Assembly: GCA_050084985.1 (NCBI GenBank)
Contig: JBITNC010000001.1
Span: forward strand, 160,580,001 to 160,644,000
Source of the DNA: Nageia nagi
Lineage: Eukaryota > Plantae > Pinophyta
Length of the DNA: 64,000 nucleotides
Reading direction: 5' to 3'
Part shown: piece by piece, positions 55,560 through 64,000 of the stretch
Layout of the letters: the number at the start of each line of letters is the position of its first letter
Position numbering within the stretch: position 1 is the stretch's first letter
Notes under the pieces: model-generated
The model's database searches: none
What the model saw: the letters and a program-made list of their open reading frames with translations, nothing else
Told to the model about the DNA's origin: nothing
Made by a program: the position numbers and the translations under genes

Positions 55560-57013
55560 AATGGAGCATCTATGCTTGAAATGAACATCAAGCTTGTAAA
55601 ATAATAGAAGTGTCTTTTATGATTGTTGTACTCTTAACAATGTTAACTTGTGTTGAAAGTACCCTTGACACAAATGATTTATAGTCAATTCCAATAATCA
55701 TTTGTAAAATTTTGTAGCAACCCTCAACCTTTGGACTCCCATTAAGTTCTAACAATAATGCTTGAGTTTATTTTGAGCCATGATATGGAAAGGAATAATT
55801 CAACCAAGTCCTCACACTCATCTAAGGCTACATTGACTGGGAGAGGGAAGCAAAGAACAAATGAAGAAGGTAGTTATAGAGCCAAAGGAAAGGAAAAAGT
55901 GGAATGTTGGAATTGTGGGAAGAAGGGCCATGTCATGAAGAATTCTTGGTTACATAAATTAGAAGCAAGGGATGAGAGCAATGAAAAAAACAATGTGATA
56001 CAAGGTGCATTAATTCTCTCCTCTAAAGGTGATTACAATGACCAAGAGTTATTACAAATAGTGGGAGTATGGGATAGACATGTACAAGGATATGGGCATG
56101 GTTATGTTCATTTTGCATAGTTAAGAGATGAGTCACATAATATGGATGTGGTAAGTTGCATTATATGTGTGTACATGCTATGTGTTTATGCATAGTATGT
56201 GAATCTTATCATGGATGATGGTGGGGTAGCCATCATGATCATTTTCTTGCTAGAGATTATTTGGTTCCTCGTTGGTCACATGAAGTGCAAAGGATATAGA
56301 GTGATGGTTTAGAGCATTTGCATAAAACAATCTGAAGGAGGTCTAATTCTTTGTATTTTGTAATGAAAATATTGTTCATGGGTGCAACAATGGTATAGCT
56401 AATGGAAAATAGTCTCCAAGTGGGAGATTGTTGGGTGTGGAGCCTGCTTATTTTAACCTAATTATTTGGTTGCAACCATCACTAGCTAAAAATAAGAAGT
56501 TGTTCATGAGCTGGAAAATTGATATATGCGGATTGTTGGTATCCTAGAAAACTAAAAAAGAGAAATAGAAATTATTATAATATACTTTGTAATCATACTT
56601 TCCTTTCAAACTAATGTGAAGACCTTCGAAGTCCATTTAACTCTATGAGGAATCTATATTTGGAAAATAGTAAAAATGTGTGATAAGGAAGGTTATGAGA
56701 TTTCAAATGAAGAAATCACTATGTGATTGTATTGGTCTAATGTTTAGAGAGGCAATGATTGTTTAAAGGGTTGTAAAGAAGAGAAGGAGATAGCAAGGTG
56801 TTGTAATTATTTGTATCTCTTGCCTTGGAGAAGAATGAAGTAAGATTGAAAGGCTTGTCTAGGGATATAGCCCATAAGGGTTGAGTGAACCTCAATAATT
56901 TTTATCTCTCTCTCTTTTGAATTTCTCTATTTTATTAACTCTGCAAGTTTCTTATTTCAAAGTTAAGAAAATATAACTATTAAGGATATACAATAGTATA
57001 TAAAACTCCAACA
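55560..57013 (+). mobile_element. Truncated Ty1/copia element: gag zinc-knuckle remnant, PPT and 3' LTR (56429-57013)
   Basis: CWNCGKKGH in ORF 55758. PPT AAGTGGGAGAT followed by an LTR with TGTTGG...CCAACA termini. Abuts the PSPG box of UGT copy 2. The 5' boundary is approximate. Confidence 0.75.
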
Positions 57014-57400
57014 GGTTGGGTTCTGTAGAATCAAATTCTTAGCCATCCATACATTGGATTTTTTGCGAGTCATTGCAGATGGAATTTCACTTTGGAGAGA
57101 ATCTGTGCTGGAGTGGCGATGGTGCCATTGTCGATGATTTTAGACTAGTTTTTTAATACCATATTAGTGGTGGAGGAGCTAAGAATCAGTCAGCGGATAA
57201 GCGAAAGCGAAGCATTCAACATCATTCCTACTAGTTATGAAGTAGAGAAGATTGAACGGTATGATGTAGAAGAAAAAGGGAAGGAGATTGGTGAACGGGA
57301 AGCCATGCTAAAAGAATCGATCAAGGGATGGTCGGGTGAGACGTGTATTGAAGCTTTTATGTCTCACATCCGTAGCACCAGCATTCAATTTAATGTATAA
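57014..57400 (+). pseudogene. UGT pseudogene, copy 2 (3' part only, from the PSPG box)
   Basis: GWVL*NQILSHPYIGF..SHCRWNFTLERICAGV..VEELRI..AMLKESIKGWSGE. The 3' flank is homologous to copies 1 and 3. Confidence 0.9.
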
Positions 57401-58958
57401 GGTCATTATAGTTTTCTATCTTCTTCCCGAGGAACATGCTACATTTTATCCATGTGAATTATATTAGCATCATCCCTATTGTGGACAGTATATTGCTAAC
57501 CTTGACCAAAATATAAATGATTGATTAATGGATACTTATGGAGTATGTGAAAATTGAATTAAGTAGAGGATTTGTCTTAATATGAGCACTTAAGTCATTC
57601 CTCTACACCTCGGATACAAGATATCAAATAATGAATTGTTTGATTATTTCAATGAAAAGATACTCTTAATATATTTGTTGTAGTATTCTTTTCATCAATG
57701 TTATATTGAAAATGTAATAATTATTTTTTTTTTGTTGGATAAATCATCAAGTGAAGAATTTTTGTTTTTTGATAAAGGACATCGTTTATCTTAAGCTTGG
57801 AGTCAACAATTGAGTGGTATCCACATCGTCAAAATTCACCCTTATTTCTTCTTTCCATAATTCTATAGAATTTTAGATAACGTGCATGTGAAGGGAAAAG
57901 ATTTGAACCTGGGATCTTCATTTTTCCATTTGAGAGTTTTAGCATTAAGATAATTAATTAAAAAATATTATAACATCATTTTTTGCTTTAAATTTTATGA
58001 TGTCGATTTAGTATGGACCTTTGTATGTCAATGCGATCCATTACCAACACCCATTTTAGGTGTTTTAGTATTTAGATTCATTACAACAATAAAAATTACA
58101 ATAATTATTAAATTATAATAAATTAAAAATAAATTATTTAATTTTGAAATAAAATTATAAAATAAAATAAACATTAAATTTTATATAACATTAATGATAT
58201 AATTTGAATTCAAACATGAATATCTTCTTTCAAATGAATTTGAAAAAAGAGAAATGAAATAACTTTCTCTCTATCCTATTATCTTATTAGAAATGAAATT
58301 CATTCCTAACAATCTTAAATAGTATATATTTATTTAATTCTAAATAAGAAATATTTTTTTATGCATACAAACTTATATATATATATATATATTTAATTGA
58401 AAAGAATAAGAAGAAGATTTTGGAAAGAGTAGAGTAGCAGACATTGAATAATATAAGAATGGCTTATCATAGCTTGTGGATAAATCAAAATCAACTGCTG
58501 TTACTACAAGTAATAGGGAAGCCGACATGGAAACTATGCATCCGTCAAATATGATACAATTTCAGACTGAAATGCTCACCATTCATTTCATTCACCGTCA
58601 ACTTTTAAAAAAATTGGAACCATTAATGGGAGTAACATCAAGATGGACTCGAGTAGAAATTTATTTATGTAATAAAAACTAAACTTGAAGATTTGTTATC
58701 ATTTAAGGTAACAAGCCCACTCCACCACGATACTGAAACTTATTGGTCGTCGGGTCCACCTGCAGTCATTTTAAACAGAGTTTAGAGCTAAGTTTGTCAG
58801 TTGTTCTACCCACGCTTAATAGCTGGACGTGCGAATAATGTGGTCGATCATCGTGCATTTAGGAGTGCATGATATCCATGTGTCTGTTTGGATGCTTTCA
58901 AACCACGCCCGTTGTGTAGATCTTCATTGAGGCATCGTCATGCAAGCGATAAAAGAAA

Positions 58959-59629
58959 GGGAAAATATCTAAAATATCCTGTAATTTAGAGTAATACCAA
59001 AAATGTTCTTAATTTTTTAGAAATGTCGAAAATACCTTTACCTTTTTGAACTTCCAGTTTCATCAATTCAGAACAACATTAAATTCATCTATACTTAAAT
59101 TCCAAAAACATATCAAAAGATAACAATAAAATGGAGGACTACAAGATGCATCAACTAATAGATGCATTTCCATGGCAGAATTCCTATATCCGATAACTAC
59201 CACATTCAACTCTTGGAAATCCTCCACCATTTTATATCTGATAGCGTGAATGAATAATCAAATCGCCCTCACTCCCAGTAAATTGAATTGAGGAACCATG
59301 GACTCTTAGCCATCAAGAAATATATTTTGCCTCCATCAACCATTCACAGTCTTCACTCACCAACCCACAAATGTTATCATATGATGTAGACTCCACGGAT
59401 TCGTTAAACTAGTGAATGAACTGGTATTTATCCGGGTATATGGGGAAATCCTACAGGAAAGGTATTACTAGGAGCTTGCAGAACTACTATGGCAAGTGAT
59501 GCTCCTATAACGAAACGATCCACGATGAGATATATTGGAGATCTGTTGGAGATATTTTGGATATTTCAGAAAAATTAGGGGTAGTTTTTATATTTCATCA
59601 AATTTCAAGAGTAATTTAGATATTTTCCT
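58959..59629. mobile_element. Pack-MULE (Mutator-like, ~80-bp terminal inverted repeats) carrying a host gene fragment
   Basis: Left GGGAAAATATCTAAAATATCC..CTTAATTTTTTAGAAATGTCGAAAATACC versus the right reverse complement AGGAAAATATCTAAATTACTC..CCTAATTTTTCTGAAATATCCAAAATATC. Candidate 9-bp TSD TAAAAGAAA/TAATAAAAA (7/9). Confidence 0.75.
59135..59520 (-). pseudogene. YUC: YUCCA flavin monooxygenase fragment captured in the Pack-MULE
   Basis: Minus strand blocks HLP**FCKLLVIPFL*DFPIYPDKYQFIH, FNESVESTSYDNICGL, KYIS*WL, IIHS, YK..DFQELNVVVIGYRNSAMEM are colinear with YUCCA HLPKQFCQLP..FPEDFPEYP, FNETVQSAxYDETxGLW, EYICRWL, IHS..YK..VLVVGCGNSGME. Confidence 0.85.
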
Positions 59630-60109
59630 TAATAAAAACATTACGTCTGCATAACATTGTTAAAGGTATTTTCAGAGAAATTGCACAAAATGTTAATACC
59701 AAAGGTATTGTTCAATTGTGGCTTCTCTTATGCTAAGCAAATTTTTATTTTTCAAGGATGTTGATGATATCGAGTGAAAATTGTTTAATTCCATGAGGGT
59801 AAGCGTTGATGAGGAAAATCTCTTATGTATAATTGTTGTTATGATGGTGAATGATGGAGATTTTGTGATTCATAAAGATTGAAAGGTGTAGTTGTGTTTC
59901 TGAATGCGACCTATTTGGAAAAGAACAACTTTTTGAACCTCTCAAATCCATGGTGTTGGCAGAACGAGCCTGGTATTGTAAGGCATGATAATTCCTTTAC
60001 ATAAATGTTATGGAAGTAGACGGGTTGTAGGGTGATCATGAGTTCAATATTTGGTATTGGCATTGTTGTTCCTGGAGAATTCAAAAAACCCATCGTTCAT
60101 GCCTTTCGG

Positions 60110-60250
60110 AGGAATCGCAAGGTTTTCTCTTGCGAAGCACTTGACGAAATACGTCAACGAAATGCAGTATTACGTACTGCACTAAAGGGAGGATACGCAA
60201 AAAATGGATTTTCTGAAGAGGCTCTAGAGACTTTCAAGAGATGCAATTGT
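60110..60250 (+). pseudogene. PLS-class pentatricopeptide-repeat gene fragment (about one repeat)
   Basis: LDEIRQRNAVLRTALKGGYAKNGFSEEALETFKR matches the consensus FDEMPQRNVVSWTAMIxGYAQNGxxEEALExFxQM. Confidence 0.7.
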
Positions 60251-61138
60251 CAGATGACCATTGCCGTTACTCATAGTGTGGCAGAAATCTGACCGCGTAA
60301 CCTCGCCCAGGACGTGATGCCGTGCATGACATGATGCGAAACCTCGTAAGCTGGCCTAAAACGTCATGACCTGATTCGACACCTTCAAATTTGATTTCGA
60401 AGACACCATACTAAATTAGCGGCTGTAAACATTTCAGTGGTGGTCGGTGCTGGAGTTGTGGATGAAAAAACTGAACTTCAAAAGCTCATAGAGGGAACAA
60501 TGTAATAATAAACATCTATCGACTAAGTTGAAAATGGTTTTGCATGGAATGTTGTGGTTGTGAATCGGCGTAATTAATATTTAATGTTCTATAAATTTAA
60601 AAAAAAAAATTAAATATCAATAATGAAAAAGGTGGAAGTGGAATTTGAGATTTTTAATGTGAATATTATCACACCTCAATTATCTCTCAAATCCTTTGTG
60701 GTTTAATATATGGTTGTAAAATATCTATCATTTAAAACCAGACTAGTAGAGGAATAATGCCTGCCATGCCATTGTGTGTACAGTTTAATGTCCATGAAAA
60801 ACCCAAACTTGGGAGAGCTACGGGTGGATTAATGCCAACCTCGCAATAGTGTACCTCTCCCTGCAACAGTGCATTCTTAATTAAGAAGAGCCATCTACAA
60901 GGTCAGGTCATTACATTTTTGAAACTGAAGAGTTCCATCGTCTCACCAATCACCATTGAAACGATAGAGATTGGTAGATGGAATAATGTTTGGCATGGTA
61001 CTTGCGATCAATGATGTCTGCGTGGAGCTCCGAAGGACACTTCGAAAAACCAGTCCACTCGATATCTGCCCAGTTCCTTAGATCTAATTCTGTCTATGCT
61101 GTGCTTGTCCAAGCCCTGTGCAGCGTCTAGGAATTGGC

Positions 61139-62498
61139 ATGGAAGGGAATAATAGTAACGTAGCCATGTTCCCTTTGATGACGCAGGGCCATTTCATACC
61201 CTTCATCTCCCTCGCCAAAATGCTTGCTTCTCAAGTTCTCAAAGTCACGCTCCTCACCACAACTGCAAACACCCCAAACTCCAATCCCAATTGAATGGAG
61301 ACCCGATTGGATCTGATATTCGTCTGGTGTCTCTTCCCCTTCCGCCCATTCATGGCCTCCCTCCAGGTTCTGAATCCACTGATGTTCTTTCCACAATCCA
61401 ATGCCAATTGTTGGTTTGCTCCTCCCATAAGCTGTCAACGCCCTTCGAGGAATGGTTGGAGACGACGCAACAGAAGCCTCTGCATAATAAGCAACGTCTT
61501 CCTATGTTATTGGTTGCCCACTTCTGCTTCCAGGTTCGGAATTCCCTGCTTCGCCTTCCACGGGTTTGGTGCCTTTGGGGCGTCTGTCATGCAATATCTC
61601 TTCACAAATAGTGTGGACGAGGACATAAGCGGTCGTGAAATAATACAGATCCGAGACTATTGTATGGACATTAATCTGAGGAGGTGTGAGGTTCCCTTAT
61701 TGTTGAGAAGCGAGCACCCCTCTATAGGCATCACCCTCGAGGATAGTGCTTCAAAAGTCATTTACAGCGGCTAAGGAGAGTTGCGCCGCAATGCTTGTGA
61801 ATAAGTTGGATGTCTTGGAAGGAGGATATGTCCGCTATTTAGAGGAATCGACGGGGTAAGCCCGTTTGGCCTGTATTCTAATCGTCATCTGCATCAGGTA
61901 CACCCTCCTGACTCAGATTGTATTCATTGGTTAGACAGTCGGAAAACACGATCTGTGGTGTATATCTCGTTTGGATCTCAGACCTTTCTCTCCGAGGCGC
62001 AAATAAAAGCACTAGCCCTAGGCATCCAAGCCAGCGAGCAGGACTTTATTTGGACAATCAAAGACTTCCCTGGCAGTAATATCAATTCCTGCGAGTTTTT
62101 GCCTGATGTATTTGTGGAAGCAACTAGAGAAAGGGGTATGGTAATCCAGGGTTGAGTTCCGCAGAAGCAGATTCTTAGCCATCCATCCGTTGGATGTTTT
62201 GTGAGTCACTGTGGATGGAATTCCACTTTGGAGAGCATCTGCGCTGTAGTGACGATGGTGGCATGGCCGATGATATTGGACCACGTCTTTAACGCCAGAT
62301 TGGTGGTGGAAGAGCTGAGGATCGGACTGCAGATATGCGAAGGCGAGGGATTCGACGCCATTCCGAGTAGCGAAAGGGAAGGAGATTGGTGAACGGGCAG
62401 CCATGCTGAAAGAATCGATCAAGGGATAGTTGGGTGAGGCGTGTGTTGAAGCTTTTGCGTCTCACATCCGCAGCAGCAGCAGTCAATTGAATATATAA
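61139..62498 (+). pseudogene. UGT pseudogene, copy 3 (near full length, intronless)
   Basis: MEGNNSNVAMFPLMTQGHFIPF..IRLVSLPLPPIHGLPPGSESTD..WLDSRKTRSVVYISFGSQ..PSPG box G*VPQKQILSHPSVGCFVSHCGWNSTLES. Frameshift near 61275, stop at 62153-62155 and other lesions. Confidence 0.93.
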
Positions 62499-64000
62499 GG
62501 TCCTATTAGTTTTGTATCTTCGTCCAGATCTACATGCTACGTTTTATTCATGTGAATTATATTAGCAGCAACCCTATTTTTGACAGTACAGAGTTAACAT
62601 TCACGAAACCATAAATGGATTGATTCTGGGATAGTTATGGATAATGTGAAAATTGAATCAGTGGAGGATTTGTCTTAATATGAGAAGTTGAATTTAGAGT
62701 TTTTATCTGAAAGTCATTCCTCTACACCTCGGATACAGAATATCGAATAAGGGAATGTTTGATCGTTTCAATCAATAGCCACTATTAATGCATTTGTTGT
62801 TGTACTCTTTTATTCAATATTATATTGAAAATGATTAATAATTATTTTTAATTAATTAAAATAAATTATTATCATAGAATTTTCTTTATTATTATTTTAC
62901 ATAAATTAAAAATAAAATGTTTAAAGTTAAAGTAAGGGTAGAGAAATAAAATAAAATAAAATATTATTAATGTCTACGGTGGATCAAAAGTGATCCAAAG
63001 AATTCGAAAATATGATAGTGGAAATTACAAGTAGTGGATCAAAAGTACTCAATTAAAAAGAAAATAGAAAATGAATAAATACAAAAAATGTAAAACATGC
63101 TATGCAAAGATGAAAGATCACCTATGATTAATCTCTTCTAACATAGGAGAATCACTACTAAAAAAATCATTGATTTGTATTTGTCTGTCATTAGTCTAGA
63201 GTTTCAAAGTTCCACTAATACATTGTCTAATTATCCCGTTGGTGTATAGATGATTTCTTTGTAATTTTAAAGAAAAAATAATTTCAAATATATGCAAATA
63301 AAAATTGAAAATACATTTGAAAATATTTATTTGAATAACAAGAAGAATTTGCAAAGGTTAGAATAATACAACAATAACTTTTGATACTATGGTAGCTAAA
63401 AATATACAAATCATGCTTGTTTAATTTGATATAAATAAAGCTTATGATATAATTAACTAGAATATTTTTTCTATTACAAATGAAAAAGTTTAATATTTTA
63501 CTAAAATAGGAAAAATGGGTAAGAGTTTACATATAAAAATTTTTAATATTGAATTTTTATCTATGGTGTTCTCACATAGCTTTCAAGAAAAATAGAAGCT
63601 TACAAGAGGAGAATTTATATCTTTTACTCATATATTATAGTAAATTTTTTAAAGTATCCAATACTAAAGTAAAAGGGGAAGGATTGGTGAAGAGAGTAAA
63701 ATATGTTTAAGAAATAAATCTTCTCGTGATGTTTTGCTTATAAGAAGGGCATTATTGTGTAAACTGAAGATGATCATCACTGGAAAGGTAGTTTTAGAAT
63801 GGATGAGATAAGCTAATATAATTATATAATTTACCTTTTAAGTAGAGTATTTGGTATCTTAGTTGTTTTTTATTATTAATATATTTAAGTTTTTTATTAT
63901 TTTAAAATATTAATTTGAATATTTTATCAATATATGTGAGGATTTTTTTAAAATAGATTGAAAGGGTAGAAAAGGTAATAATTTATATTGTTAGAGAGAG

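Noticed and set aside
62278-62290. PSPG box of UGT copy 3 ends in DH rather than DQ, suggesting UDP-galactose specificity
   Set aside because: Copy 2 has GAC TAG here, most simply derived from CAG (Gln). The His codon may be a post-pseudogenisation change.
1-64000. CRISPR arrays, rRNA/tRNA genes, prokaryotic defence operons, endogenous viral genes
   Set aside because: Eukaryotic plant DNA with no such signatures. The TIR gene has spliceosomal introns, and the only clear tRNA matches are retroelement primer-binding sites.

Overview
AT-rich, strongly CpG-depleted plant nuclear DNA. The TIR subtype and transposon families look like a non-flowering seed plant (gymnosperm); that host call is an inference. 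Only one gene appears intact: a minus-strand 5-exon TIR-domain gene (5388-7347) with no NB-ARC or LRR and a coiled-coil C-terminus. An orphan paralogous 5' exon lies near 21.1 kb. The right end holds three independently broken UDP-glycosyltransferase copies. The rest is layered mobile DNA: (1) a complete Tat-type Ty3/gypsy element (27560-36055; 869-bp LTRs, GATCC target-site duplication (TSD), tRNA-Trp primer-binding site (PBS), extra archaeal-type RNase H) nested in an L1 endonuclease; (2) a full-length decayed L1 with TSD (48333-54255); (3) an L2/RTE-X-like LINE fused at its 5' end to a CstF-77 fragment; (4) a tandem array of miniature Copia-type units; (5) four copies of a ~1-kb terminal-inverted-repeat family with 4-bp TSDs; (6) a Pack-MULE carrying a YUCCA fragment; (7) stray MS1/MMD1-like and PPR gene fragments. 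All alignments were done by eye, so boundaries of decayed elements are approximate.
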